A stretch of DNA of 64,000 nt, from positions 40,417 to 104,416 of the forward strand of contig JBNRMN010000089.1 of assembly GCA_050309605.1 (NCBI GenBank), given 5' to 3'. Position 1 is the stretch's first letter. Each line of letters starts with the position of its first letter. Source of the DNA: Anaerohalosphaeraceae bacterium (GTDB taxonomy: Bacteria > Planctomycetota > Phycisphaerae > Sedimentisphaerales > Anaerohalosphaeraceae). The notes under the pieces are model-generated. The model was not told where the DNA came from, made no database searches, and was given only the letters and a program-made list of their open reading frames with translations. Positions 45,057 through 55,361 of this stretch are shown here, in pieces. The position numbers and the translations under genes are program-made.

Positions 45057-46991
45057 ATGGCAGCTAAGAGAGCGCGGCGTTTTCGTTTCTTTCTAAAAGT
45101 GCTGCTGGTTCTAATTGTTATCGCCGTTGTCCTCGTTGTCCTGCTGGAAACGGGGCATGCCGGTCGATATGTCCTCCGTTTGGTCGGCCATCGCATGGGC
45201 ATAGAGGTTGCGGCTCATCGTGTTCGCGTCGGTCTGGACGGCCGATTGCGAATCATTCAACTGTCTGCTGCACTGGAGGCGGAGCAGGATCCCTTTTTTT
45301 CGGCCGACATAATCGTTATCCGAATGAACAATCTCAAGGATCTGCTGGCGACCTTTGAGCTGAACATCTCGAAAATTTCATTGGCCGAACCGATGCTGGC
45401 ACTGCGCCGCGATGAACAGGGGACGCTGAATATCGCCTGCCTGCTGGACCAATGGGCCGACCGACCCAGGCGATCCGGGCCGGCGGTCATCCCCGACGTC
45501 TATCTGATCAACGGGACCTTTCTTTTTGACCAGGCCGGTCAAACACCGCTGCGTATTTCTGATATCGCCTTTCACAGCACGACGGACAGCACCGGTCGTC
45601 TCAAGGCCACCTTGTCCCTGCCTGAAAACAACACGGTTGACGGCCTGATCGACTTGGATACGCTTGACCTTAGGCTCACCGCGGACATTCAAAATTCCGC
45701 TGCACTGCCGGAGGCGATTGCCACCCCCCTTGGCGATCTTAACCATCTCAAGGCTCAATGGAATGGACGCATCGCCTCGCAGCCGCCCTGGATGATCAGC
45801 GGCGATTTGCTCATTGAGAACCTCTCGTTCAACAAGGTAACCGGCAGTTTACAGGCCCACATTGCCATTCATCCGGACCACCTTGCCGCCGACATTGAAC
45901 GGCTTGCCGTAGATCCATGGACACTGTGGGGATCCTTGGATGATCGCCCCGACGCGGTCACCGCCGACAAGGGAACCATTCGATATACCTACGCCGAGAG
46001 CCGCATTGATATGACGGCCCTGGAACTGTCGCTGCTGGACGGCAAGACGGTCATTGATGCGACGGTCTTTGCGCAGCAGCCGCAGCAAAGCCGGGTTGAG
46101 ATTGAATTCACAGAGATTCAGCCGCCGGCCCCGCTGCTTTCCGGAACCTTATTTGAAAACACCTCGTTGAGCGGGGCATTTAATATGAGTCCGTCTTCGG
46201 ATAGACGAGCCATGGAGCCGATAGCCGTTTCGCTTCGTCTGCGACTGGACGGCCCCCTGTTTCAGGCCGCCGATCTTGAAGAAATCACCGCCGAAGGGTA
46301 TCTCGGCGATACACGACTGGTTACACAATCCGTTACCATTCCTGTATTCGGCGGCGTTGTCTCGCCGTGGATCAGTTTAACACGCCGCGACGAAGAAGTG
46401 TTTACGCACCTCATCACCGATTTTGAACGCATTGACATTGACCGGCTCGTGCACACCATCTACCCTGAAGCGCAATCGGTTCCGGGCGTCCTGAGCGGAA
46501 CGGTGCGCTGCCGAACTTCGGGCAGTTTGCAGACGCTTTCCGGCAGTGCCGATATTGCACTGACCGATTCGGACTTGATGCAAACGAATATCATCGGGGC
46601 CGTGTATGCGGCGATGAATCTCAGCTTCGGCCGGATGGAACCCAGAGGACAAGGCAAGATCACACTGGCCGCTCAAAGCCGAAAAGTGGATATTATGAGC
46701 TTCGAATACTTCAATCGAGGCGTAGATATACGCGGCGCCGGAGCGATTGAAGATATTACTCAGGGCAAAGCCTCGCCGATTTCCGGGTTTGTGACCGGCT
46801 CGATGCGGCCGCTGCGCGACACCCGCATTCCCGGCCGGCGCGAACTGGATCGTCTTATCAGCGGGCTTCAGACCGGCCTGGCCACCGTTAAAGTGGAAGG
46901 CACAGTCGGCGACCCTGCGCCTCGCGTCGTTCCCATGCCGGAAATACACAACGCCTTTCGAGCATTGCTCTGGCAGCAGCTTCGTGAATGA
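45057..46991 (+). CDS. Membrane-anchored beta-rich protein, AsmA-like
   Basis: N-terminal basic/TM anchor, RRDEQGTLNI, C-term KVEGTVGDP typical of AsmA-like C-termini. Confidence 0.55.
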   Translation: MAAKRARRFRFFLKVLLVLIVIAVVLVVLLETGHAGRYVLRLVGHRMGIEVAAHRVRVGLDGRLRIIQLSAALEAEQDPFFSADIIVIRMNNLKDLLATFELNISKISLAEPMLALRRDEQGTLNIACLLDQWADRPRRSGPAVIPDVYLINGTFLFDQAGQTPLRISDIAFHSTTDSTGRLKATLSLPENNTVDGLIDLDTLDLRLTADIQNSAALPEAIATPLGDLNHLKAQWNGRIASQPPWMISGDLLIENLSFNKVTGSLQAHIAIHPDHLAADIERLAVDPWTLWGSLDDRPDAVTADKGTIRYTYAESRIDMTALELSLLDGKTVIDATVFAQQPQQSRVEIEFTEIQPPAPLLSGTLFENTSLSGAFNMSPSSDRRAMEPIAVSLRLRLDGPLFQAADLEEITAEGYLGDTRLVTQSVTIPVFGGVVSPWISLTRRDEEVFTHLITDFERIDIDRLVHTIYPEAQSVPGVLSGTVRCRTSGSLQTLSGSADIALTDSDLMQTNIIGAVYAAMNLSFGRMEPRGQGKITLAAQSRKVDIMSFEYFNRGVDIRGAGAIEDITQGKASPISGFVTGSMRPLRDTRIPGRRELDRLISGLQTGLATVKVEGTVGDPAPRVVPMPEIHNAFRALLWQQLRE

Positions 46992-47000
46992 ACGCGACCT

Positions 47001-48155
47001 TTACGAATTGAGGTCTGAACACAGGTCTTCCAACCCCTTATCGAGATCTGCTGCGCGGCGATCCCACTGGTACCGAGCCATCGCCTCTTGTCCGCGATGG
47101 CTGCGGCCCTGCCAAAGATCACCGTTTTCCGTGCGATGAATCAGCCGTGCCAGTTTTTCGGTCAACCGTCCGACCGTCCCGTCGTAAAAAAATTCGTCTG
47201 GTTCAACCGTTTCTATGCTGCTGAGAATTTCCGGGTAGGCCAATCGCCGCGGCAGCAGCGGATAGGCCCCCGCCGCTATAGCCTCGACCATCCCGATGCC
47301 GAAAAATTCATGACAAGCGGTTGAAACAACGATGTCCGCCTCCGCCAGGGCCTGAACGTACGCCTGTCGCGACGGCAGAAACCCCCAGCGCTCAATGCGA
47401 TCAGCAAACGCGGCTTGAGCCTGCTTGAACACCGCCGGGCAATCCCGAAATTGTTCCCCGATGACCGAGAGGCGAAAATCCAGCCCCTTTTTAACAAGAT
47501 GTCGGATCGCCTCAAAGAAGTCTTCGGGATTTTTATCATGTTCCCAGCGTGCGGCCCAGAGAATTCGCGTCGGGCCGGGCAATCGCTGCGACGGCCTATC
47601 GTCAAACGACTCGATCCCCGGCGGCTGAATCCTCGCCTTCCCGACCAGCGATTCGAGCTGACGTGAAGGAAAGAAATCGGGCATACGATCAAACAATCGC
47701 TTCAGGGCTTCAAAAAATTCATCACGATGAAACATGGAATTGAACCAGACCGCGTCCGCGGCCAGCGCGGTCGTGAAATTGGTAATGGCATATTGAAAGT
47801 CGCGCTGGTCTTCTACACGCACCGGGTAAGTCAATTGATTTTCATGGAAATAAGCGACGGTCGGAATCGAGCGCAGCATCAAAGGCGCCACCCCGCGAAA
47901 CTCCGCCAGGTTGAGCATATCCGAACAGAAGACGGCATCCCACGTCTTGCCCTCGGCAGCCAGCGTATCGACGCGCTCGGCAAAGGTAAACGCCCCGTGC
48001 CGCATCCGCCACTTCCACTTGTTCGGGGGCAGCGTCAGCACGTCCCACCGATGGCGCGAACGCCTGATCCAGCCGTCCAGGAACGCCCGATGTGAACCGC
48101 CATAGTACCCTTCCATCGCCAAAATGTGCTTGGTCTCAGTGGCTGTATTCATCAT
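47001..48155 (-). CDS. DUF3524 + GT-B glycosyltransferase (GTDC1/QTMAN homologue)
   Basis: YYGGSH, LPPNKWKWRMR, YFHENQLTYP, RDFQY, ADAVWFNS, RWEHDKNPE, HEFFGI...EA, LAYPE. Confidence 0.85.
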   Translation of the reverse strand: MMNTATETKHILAMEGYYGGSHRAFLDGWIRRSRHRWDVLTLPPNKWKWRMRHGAFTFAERVDTLAAEGKTWDAVFCSDMLNLAEFRGVAPLMLRSIPTVAYFHENQLTYPVRVEDQRDFQYAITNFTTALAADAVWFNSMFHRDEFFEALKRLFDRMPDFFPSRQLESLVGKARIQPPGIESFDDRPSQRLPGPTRILWAARWEHDKNPEDFFEAIRHLVKKGLDFRLSVIGEQFRDCPAVFKQAQAAFADRIERWGFLPSRQAYVQALAEADIVVSTACHEFFGIGMVEAIAAGAYPLLPRRLAYPEILSSIETVEPDEFFYDGTVGRLTEKLARLIHRTENGDLWQGRSHRGQEAMARYQWDRRAADLDKGLEDLCSDLNS

Positions 48156-48182
48156 CCGCCGGCTGCCCCTGGTGCGGTTTCA

Positions 48183-48809
48183 TCACTCGGCGTATTTGAC
48201 CGTACAGCCGTAAGGTTTGGTTTCCGCAGTCGTTACGGGTCGGTCGGACAGAACATCGTCAATCGCATTTTTGACATAATGAATCCTCACGGCCTTGTTG
48301 CCCTGAGGATCGTCGTCGATGGCGCCGTTGTAGGCAATACGCCCGGCCTTATCGACCACAAACATATGCGGCGTTGTTTTGGCGTCATATTGTCTGCCGA
48401 CGGTTCCGTCGTGGTCATCCAAAACCGGATACGGAAGATCATATTTTTCGGCAAATTCTTTATTTTTCTCCTGATTGAAATGGCTCGTCGTGTTGATGGC
48501 CAGCCAGACGACCCCTTGATCGGCATACGCCTCGGCCAGACCGACCATCGTACCAGCCTCATAATGGCGAACGACAAAGGGACATTCCGGATTTACCCAC
48601 TCTAAAACAATAATTTTGCCTTTGTAGTCGGCCAGATTGTGCACTTTTCCGGTATGATCGGTCAGGGTAAAGGCCGGGGCTTCAGGACGTCCGTAGTCGG
48701 TTTCTTGTGATGTGTGCCCGGAATGTTCAGTAGGCTCAGTCTTGCCGCAACCGGAAATCAGCCACGGCGACAATAAAACGGCTAAAGCGATTTTCAATGT
48801 CGTTTTCAT
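48183..48809 (-). CDS. Thioredoxin-like/AhpC-TSA lipoprotein
   Basis: Lipobox ISGC; APAFTL, EWVNPECPFV, TTPHMFV, YNGAIDD, PYGCTVKY. Confidence 0.88.
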   Translation of the reverse strand: MKTTLKIALAVLLSPWLISGCGKTEPTEHSGHTSQETDYGRPEAPAFTLTDHTGKVHNLADYKGKIIVLEWVNPECPFVVRHYEAGTMVGLAEAYADQGVVWLAINTTSHFNQEKNKEFAEKYDLPYPVLDDHDGTVGRQYDAKTTPHMFVVDKAGRIAYNGAIDDDPQGNKAVRIHYVKNAIDDVLSDRPVTTAETKPYGCTVKYAE

Positions 48810-49083
48810 AGCTTTCCCCTTTCAACTGTCAGAATCCTTTTTTATGCAGGACTTGCACGTTTATAATTATATCCCTACGGAATTATTCGGCAATTGTTTA
48901 TCCTTAAGTTGGGTTTAGAAAATAATTGTGTAACCGTCATGATGCCGGGTGGTCAAATGAGGATGTGTGCAAGACCCATAATTCGGAGTTGATTGCTCCA
49001 GCGGTTTAAGGTAAAATTTCGCCTGATAACGGTCGTTTCATTGAAATTCACAAAGGACAGTCGGTTCTTGAAAGGATTGCAGA

Positions 49084-51612
49084 GTGAGCCAGCGGACATC
49101 AAAGATGCTGTTTGTCGGGTTACTGTTGATCGGATGTCTCGTGTCCGGCGGGTCGGCGCAAACAATCACCCTAACGGTTCAGGCTGATCAGGCCAAGCCG
49201 ATCAGTAAAGATCTGTTCGGCATTTTTTTTGAGGATCTCAATTACGCCGCTGATGGTGGTTTATACGCTGAGCTGGTTCAAAACCGCTCATTTGAATACA
49301 GTCGGGGTGATAACCGCAACTGGAACGCCCTGTCCTATTGGACGCCGCTTGAAAGCGGGCCTGATCGGATCACCGTGACGGTTGAGTCCGATCAATCGCT
49401 GCATCCCAATAATCCGCATTACGCCGTGTTGACGGTCAACGAAGCCGGACATCGCAACGGCCTGAGCAATGAGGGGTTCGGCGGCATCGTACTCAAGGGC
49501 GGCGATCCTTATGATGTATCCTTGTTTGCACGGGTGATTTCCGGCAATCCGGACGGCATTACGGTACGTCTTGAAGACCCGCAGGGACAGTCGCTGGGAC
49601 AGGTACAGTGGACCGCACTCAAGAAAGAGTGGACTCAACACACGGCGGTGATTGAGCCGAAGGCTGATGAAACCCATGCCCGCCTGACAGTACTGATTTC
49701 CGGAACCGGAACCGTGGCGCTGGATATGGTTTCCTTGTTTCCGCAAAAGACCTTTAAGAATCGTCCCAACGGCCTGCGCCCCGACCTGGCCCGGACGCTG
49801 GCAGATATGAAGCCGGCCTTTATGCGGTTTCCGGGCGGCTGTGTGGCGCACGGTGACGGATTGGAGAACATGTATCGATGGAAAGATACTGTCGGCCCGG
49901 TCCAGCAGCGAAAGGCCAAACGCAACATCTGGCGCTATCATCAAACGTTGGGGCTGGGCTACTTCGAGTATTTCCAGCTTTGCGAGGATATCGGCGCCAA
50001 GCCGGTGCCGGTGGTTCCGGCCGGGGTGTGTTGCCAGAACTCCGGCAATTACCTGAATTTGGTCCCGCGCGGCCAGCGGGGCATCCCGATGGATGAAATG
50101 GATGACTATATTCAGGAGATCTTCGACCTGATCGAATGGGCCAACGGCCCGGCAACCTCAAAATGGGGCGCCAAACGCGCAGAAGCCGGCCATCCCGAAC
50201 CCTTTGGTCTTGAATATCTGGCGGTGGGTAATGAAGACGCCCAGACGCCGGTCTTTCAGGAGCGATTCAAGATGATTTATGATGCGGTTAAGGCCCAACA
50301 TCCGGAAATCACAGTCATTGGTAATGTGGGGCCGGCTCCGGATGGTCGAGAGTTTGAGATTGGCTGGACGTTTGCCCGAGCGCATGATATCGAAATGGTG
50401 GCCGAACATTATTACCGGCCGCCGCAATGGTTTTGGAACAACCTGGAGCGTTATGACAGTTATGACCGCAGCCAGGCCGAGGTTTTTGTCAGTGAATACG
50501 CCGCTCACGATACCGGACGTCGGACCACTCTGCGTTCGGCGCTGGCCGAGGCGGCGATGATGACCGCCTTTGAACGCAACGGCGACATCGTCCGGATGGC
50601 CTGTTATGCCCCCCTGTTCGGCAAGATCGGAAATACGCAATGGAATCCCGACTTGATTTATTTTACCAATACAGAAGTGGCTCCGACGATTAACTATGAG
50701 GTGCAAAAACTGTTTGGCAACAATGCCGGAGATGAATATCTGACGACCGCGATGACGGTGGAAAAACCGGCAGAGCAGCCCGACGAGACGCCTGTTCGCA
50801 ACGGCGTGCTCCTGGGAACCTGGCAGACCCAGGCGCGATTTGATGACCTCAAAATTATCAGCGGATCCGAGACCATTGTGGAAGAATCATTTGAGCCAAG
50901 GATGCGCGGCTGGAATTCACTGTCCGGTCAGTGGCGCGTGGAGAATGGAACCTATGTCCAGACGTCCGAACAAACGCCGGCCCTATCTATGCTGACGTTT
51001 GAGGATGACCATAGCCACTATACCATTACGCTTCGGGCGATGAAAACCGGCGGTGATGAAGGCTTTCTGGTCGGATTCGGAGCGCTTGATACAGACCATT
51101 ATTATTGGCTGAATCTGGGCGGCTGGAACAACACACGACATCAGATCGAAAAAAGTGTCGGCGGCGTCCGCAGTCCTATGGGTCCATCTGTACAAGGCCG
51201 AATCGAGTCGAATCGCTGGTATGAGATAAAAATTCAGGTCGTCCAAGAGCGTATTCAATGCTATCTGGACGGACAACTGATCATCAACATGACCGACCGC
51301 GGATTTGAGAAGACGCCGGACTTTGCCGTCTCGACAGTGCGCAACACCGCCACCGGTGATATTATCGTCAAGCTGGTCAGCCAAGCCGAAACGCCGACAA
51401 CGGTTACGCTCGATCTGCGCTCGGTCGCTCCGTTCAACTCCGAAGCCCTCTGCACGGTGCTGTCAGGCGATCCGATGGCGGAAAATCGACATGGTCGTGA
51501 ACCTGCGGTACGGCCGAGGGTTTCTGAGATTCAAGTATCCGAGGTCTTTGATTACGCACTGCCGCCGCATTCGTTGTCCGTGATTCGGTTGTCCCCACGT
51601 CCCCGTCAGTGA
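49084..51612 (+). CDS. Alpha-L-arabinofuranosidase GH51 with inserted beta-sandwich domain
   Basis: GIFFEDLNYAADGGLYAELVQNRSFE, RFPGGC, VGNE, SEYA, YAPL; insert GTWQTQ...WLNLGGWNN. Confidence 0.9.
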   Translation: MSQRTSKMLFVGLLLIGCLVSGGSAQTITLTVQADQAKPISKDLFGIFFEDLNYAADGGLYAELVQNRSFEYSRGDNRNWNALSYWTPLESGPDRITVTVESDQSLHPNNPHYAVLTVNEAGHRNGLSNEGFGGIVLKGGDPYDVSLFARVISGNPDGITVRLEDPQGQSLGQVQWTALKKEWTQHTAVIEPKADETHARLTVLISGTGTVALDMVSLFPQKTFKNRPNGLRPDLARTLADMKPAFMRFPGGCVAHGDGLENMYRWKDTVGPVQQRKAKRNIWRYHQTLGLGYFEYFQLCEDIGAKPVPVVPAGVCCQNSGNYLNLVPRGQRGIPMDEMDDYIQEIFDLIEWANGPATSKWGAKRAEAGHPEPFGLEYLAVGNEDAQTPVFQERFKMIYDAVKAQHPEITVIGNVGPAPDGREFEIGWTFARAHDIEMVAEHYYRPPQWFWNNLERYDSYDRSQAEVFVSEYAAHDTGRRTTLRSALAEAAMMTAFERNGDIVRMACYAPLFGKIGNTQWNPDLIYFTNTEVAPTINYEVQKLFGNNAGDEYLTTAMTVEKPAEQPDETPVRNGVLLGTWQTQARFDDLKIISGSETIVEESFEPRMRGWNSLSGQWRVENGTYVQTSEQTPALSMLTFEDDHSHYTITLRAMKTGGDEGFLVGFGALDTDHYYWLNLGGWNNTRHQIEKSVGGVRSPMGPSVQGRIESNRWYEIKIQVVQERIQCYLDGQLIINMTDRGFEKTPDFAVSTVRNTATGDIIVKLVSQAETPTTVTLDLRSVAPFNSEALCTVLSGDPMAENRHGREPAVRPRVSEIQVSEVFDYALPPHSLSVIRLSPRPRQ

Positions 51613-51668
51613 TGTCGGTCGTGGAGTGAGAGAGTCAATTTATCCTAAACGAAAAGGAAAGGAAGAGT

Positions 51669-54044
51669 ATGCGCAATCGTTATGTTGTTATCATATTGAT
51701 GGTATCAGGATGGCTATCGGCAACGGCCTTGTCGGCTCAGTCGTTTCCGCTGGACAGGGTGGTTCTGCTGGATGGTCCTTTCAGACACGCACAGGATTTG
51801 AATCTGGAGCATCTGCTGCAATATGATGTAGATCGGCTGCTTGCCCCGTTTCTTAAAGAAGCGGGACTGGAGCCGAAAGGCGAGCCGTTTACCAACTGGG
51901 CCGGCCTGGACGGGCACATCGGCGGACATTATCTGTCCGCGATGGCAATGTATGCCGCAACAGGCAGCAAAACAGCCGAAGAACGGATGACGTATATGCT
52001 TGATGAACTGGCGGCCTGTCAGACGGCTCACGGCAACGGGTACGTCGGCGGCGTCCCGAACGGAACGCGGATCTGGTCGCAAATCGCACGGGGCGATATC
52101 CGGGCCAGCGCGTTCGGTCTGAACGACGGATGGGTGCCCTGGTACAACCTGCACAAAATAGTCGCCGGACTGTATGATGCCTGGCACTATGCCGGCAGCG
52201 AGCAGGCCCGTCGAATGCTGATTGATTTATGTGATTGGTGCGACGAGCTGGTTTCCGACCTGAGCGACCGACAGATGCAGTCGATGCTGGTCTCTGAACA
52301 CGGCGGAATGAATGAGGTGCTGGCCAATGTCTATCACATGACCGGCGAGAAAAAATACCTCGATCTGGCCAAACGGTTTTCTCATCGGCTGCTGCTCGAT
52401 CCGATGGCCCGCAGACAAGACAATCTGGATAATATGCACGCCAATACGCAAGTGCCCAAGGCCGTGGGGTTCCAGCGCATCGCCGAATACGGCGGCGAAC
52501 CGCGATATGCCCAAGCGGCCGAGTTTTTCTGGAAGACCGTCGTTGAAAATCGCACAACCGCCTTTGGCGGCAACAGCCGCCGTGAACATTTCCCCGGCGC
52601 CGAAGCGGCCATGGAAATGATCGAAGACCGCCAGGGACCGGAAACCTGCAATACCTACAATATGCTGAAGCTGACCGAGGGTCTGCACCGGATGAATCCG
52701 CTGGCCCAATACGCCGACTACTATGAACGGGCACTGTACAACCATATCTTGTCCACCCAACACCCTGAACACGGCGGATATGTCTATTTTACCCCCCTGC
52801 GTCCGCGTCATTATCGGGTTTATTCAAAGCCCAACGCGGCGATGTGGTGCTGCGTCGGTTCGGGAATGGAAAATCACGGCAAGTACGGCGCCTTTATTTA
52901 CAGCCATCAGGATGACACCCTGTTTGTCAATTTATTTATCGCATCGGAATTGGACTGGCGTGAAAAAGGCATTCGTGTGCGCCAGGAAACAGCGTTTCCG
53001 GATGAATCCGCGACCGCTTTAACCATCATAACCGATGCGCCGGTACGGTTTACCCTTCAGGTGCGCCACCCGCAGTGGGTTCCGGCTGGAAAGCTGCGTT
53101 TTGCGCTGGACGGTCAAACCTGGACAGCACAATCGCAGCCGTCGTCGTATGTTCAGATCGATCGACGCTGGCAAAACGGCGACCGGCTGAAAATCGACCT
53201 GCCGATGCACACAGCAACCGAGCCACTGCCCCATGTACCGGACTATATTGCGCTGCTGCACGGCCCGATCGTATTGGCGGCCAGGACAGGAACCGAAGAC
53301 CTTCGCGGTCTTGTCGCCGGCGAAGGGCGGATGGATCATGTCGCACACGGCCGACTGCTGCCGCTTGATGAAGCGCCCATGCTGGTCGGTGAACGTTCGT
53401 CTATTCCCGACAAGGTCAAGCCCGTTGCCGGACGAAGTCTTCAATTCACTGCATCGGAGCTGATTCAGCCTGAACCCTATCAAAGCCTCGTGCTGGAGCC
53501 TTTTTTTCGCGTTCATGACTGCCGGTATATGATGTACTGGCGACTGGCTTCGCCGCAGGAGTATCAAGAGGTTCGCGCATCCATGAGCACCGAACAGCAG
53601 CAGGCCCTGCGTCTGGACCAACTGACCCTTGACCGCGTCGTTCCCGGCGAGCAGCAGCCTGAAGTCGAGCATAACTTCAAATCCGAAGGCTCCGAGACCG
53701 GCGTCTTTCAGGGCGCTTCCTGGCGGCACGCGATGGCGCCGGGATGGTTCAGCTATGAACTGCGCGTCGATCCGGAACAGCCGCTGGCCCTGGGCGTTCG
53801 CTATTGGGGCAATGACCAAGGCAACCGCACTTTTGATATTCTGATCGACGGACAGAAACTGACGACCGAAAACATTACGGGAAAATGGAATCGCAGTAAC
53901 TTTGTCTTCGTGCGCTATCCGATTCCAGCCGAAATGGTTCGCGGCAAAGAATTCATTACCGTCACCTTTAAGCCGCATTCCGGCCATTTGGCGGGCGGAA
54001 TTTTTGACCTTCGCATCTTAAAAAACCGAAACGATGGACAATAA
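51669..54044 (+). CDS. Beta-L-arabinofuranosidase GH146/GH127 (DUF1680)
   Basis: GHIGGHYLSA, WYNLHK, EHGGMNE, HANTQVPK, ETCNTYNMLKL, WCCVGSGMENH. Confidence 0.9.
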   Translation: MRNRYVVIILMVSGWLSATALSAQSFPLDRVVLLDGPFRHAQDLNLEHLLQYDVDRLLAPFLKEAGLEPKGEPFTNWAGLDGHIGGHYLSAMAMYAATGSKTAEERMTYMLDELAACQTAHGNGYVGGVPNGTRIWSQIARGDIRASAFGLNDGWVPWYNLHKIVAGLYDAWHYAGSEQARRMLIDLCDWCDELVSDLSDRQMQSMLVSEHGGMNEVLANVYHMTGEKKYLDLAKRFSHRLLLDPMARRQDNLDNMHANTQVPKAVGFQRIAEYGGEPRYAQAAEFFWKTVVENRTTAFGGNSRREHFPGAEAAMEMIEDRQGPETCNTYNMLKLTEGLHRMNPLAQYADYYERALYNHILSTQHPEHGGYVYFTPLRPRHYRVYSKPNAAMWCCVGSGMENHGKYGAFIYSHQDDTLFVNLFIASELDWREKGIRVRQETAFPDESATALTIITDAPVRFTLQVRHPQWVPAGKLRFALDGQTWTAQSQPSSYVQIDRRWQNGDRLKIDLPMHTATEPLPHVPDYIALLHGPIVLAARTGTEDLRGLVAGEGRMDHVAHGRLLPLDEAPMLVGERSSIPDKVKPVAGRSLQFTASELIQPEPYQSLVLEPFFRVHDCRYMMYWRLASPQEYQEVRASMSTEQQQALRLDQLTLDRVVPGEQQPEVEHNFKSEGSETGVFQGASWRHAMAPGWFSYELRVDPEQPLALGVRYWGNDQGNRTFDILIDGQKLTTENITGKWNRSNFVFVRYPIPAEMVRGKEFITVTFKPHSGHLAGGIFDLRILKNRNDGQ

Positions 54045-54270
54045 AACCGAACGCGATCTGGGTCCGCAGCCGATTGCGGAGCTGATGGACAAACACAGGC
54101 TCAAGCCGCATGACCTTGTCGCAGCCTCGACCGAGCAGATTACGCACAAGATGGTCTCGCGGGCCTGCAAGGGGCGCAGGCTGAGCCGGAAAGTGCAGTT
54201 CAAACTGCTTGGCGCCCTGAACGCGGCAACCGGGCAAACGTATGCCTTGAAGAATTTGTTTACCTATTGA
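54034..54270 (+). CDS. Small hypothetical protein, possible HTH
   Basis: GPQPI...HDLVAASTEQITHKMVSRACKGRRL...LFTY; overlaps the GH stop; followed by a hairpin. Confidence 0.65.
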   Translation: MDNKTERDLGPQPIAELMDKHRLKPHDLVAASTEQITHKMVSRACKGRRLSRKVQFKLLGALNAATGQTYALKNLFTY

Positions 54271-54276
54271 AGCGGG

Positions 54277-54304
54277 GACTGACGCCAAGCACTTGCCGTC
54301 AGTC
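54277..54304 (+). terminator. Stem-loop after small gene
   Basis: GACTGACG.CAAG / CTTG.CGTCAGTC; no clear U tract. Confidence 0.45.
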
Positions 54305-54356
54305 GCGAAACGCTTTGGCGTGTCAGGTTTGGGGATACCGAAGCTGGTGTGACAGG

Positions 54357-54430
54357 ATTGCGATGGCGTGAGCCACCGGATGGGTAAAGGCAGGCGTTTT
54401 ATCCGGCCGCTTGCGCAGCTCGGCTGGTGC
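54357..54430. repeat. Second REP-like doublet of the same family as 27435-27729
   Basis: TTATCCGGCCGCTTGCGCAGCTCGGCTGGTGC at 54399-54430, with a degenerate inverted partner GCGATGGCGTGAGCCACCGGATG upstream. Confidence 0.65.
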
Positions 54431-54447
54431 TGACCGGAAAAAGGGGT

Positions 54448-54476
54448 TTGGCAATGGTTAATAGAGGTGGTATAAT
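54448..54476 (+). promoter_or_regulatory. sigma70 promoter of lptB
   Basis: TTGGCA-17 bp-TATAAT with extended TG. Confidence 0.65.
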
Positions 54477-54534
54477 GCCCGCTTATTGAACTGATTATAG
54501 CGATATTCAATCGTGGAGCTGGATTTTGGTAGCG

Positions 54535-55272
54535 ATGACATTGCTTGAGACACAGGGGCTGGTCAAGAAGTATTCCGGCCGAACCGTGGTCAACGACGTG
54601 CGGATTACCGTCGAGCAGCGCAGCATTGTGGGCCTGTTGGGACGGAACGGCGCAGGCAAAACCACGACATTTCGGATGGCAATTGGAATGATTGTGCCGG
54701 ACGGCGGGCAGGTGTTCTTCGACGGACAGGATGTGACCAGGCTGCCGATGTACAAGCGCGCCCGACTGGGGATGGGGTATCTGTCGCAGGAGCCGAGCGT
54801 TTTTCAGCGGCTCAGCGTGCGGGATAATCTGATCGCGATTCTCGAAACAATGGCGCTGAGCCGCGCCGAGCGCAAGCGGCGGGCCAACGAGTTGATCGAA
54901 CGGTTCGGCTTGACGGAAGTGGCCAAGAGCCAGGCCCGTTTTCTCTCGGGCGGCGAGCGGCGAAAACTGGAAATCGCCCGCGCGATGGTCACCAATCCGT
55001 CGCTGATCCTGCTCGATGAGCCGTTCAGCGGGGTCGATCCGATTGCGGTCGAAGAACTGCAAACCGAAATCCGCCGCTTGGTCGCCTCCGGCGTGAGCAT
55101 CTTGATTACCGACCACAACGTCGAACGCACGCTGGAAGTGTCTGACAAAGCCTACATCATCGACCACGGTAAGGTGATTGCCGAAGGCCCGCCCAGGGAG
55201 ATCATCCAAAACGATCTGGTCAAACGCAGCTATCTGGGCAGTACCTTCAAAGGCGACGAATTCGATGAATAG
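54535..55272 (+). CDS. lptB: LPS export ABC transporter ATP-binding protein
   Basis: GRNGAGKTT, RARLGMGYLSQEPSVF, LSGGERRKLEIAR, DEPFSGVDP, ITDHNV. Confidence 0.93.
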   Translation: MTLLETQGLVKKYSGRTVVNDVRITVEQRSIVGLLGRNGAGKTTTFRMAIGMIVPDGGQVFFDGQDVTRLPMYKRARLGMGYLSQEPSVFQRLSVRDNLIAILETMALSRAERKRRANELIERFGLTEVAKSQARFLSGGERRKLEIARAMVTNPSLILLDEPFSGVDPIAVEELQTEIRRLVASGVSILITDHNVERTLEVSDKAYIIDHGKVIAEGPPREIIQNDLVKRSYLGSTFKGDEFDE

Positions 55273-55361
55273 AAGCAGTGTTTCCAAATTGATAAACATT
55301 GAAATAGCGGCTCATCTCAAGTTAGAGTGTATATTCGACGGATATTTTAAGGTTGTCAACA

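Noticed and set aside
53968..55299. 443-aa minus-strand ORF over lptB, and similar antisense ORFs over rplM/rpsI, GH76, ptsA, fmt and GH146
   Set aside because: Antisense to well-supported genes with no recognisable domains
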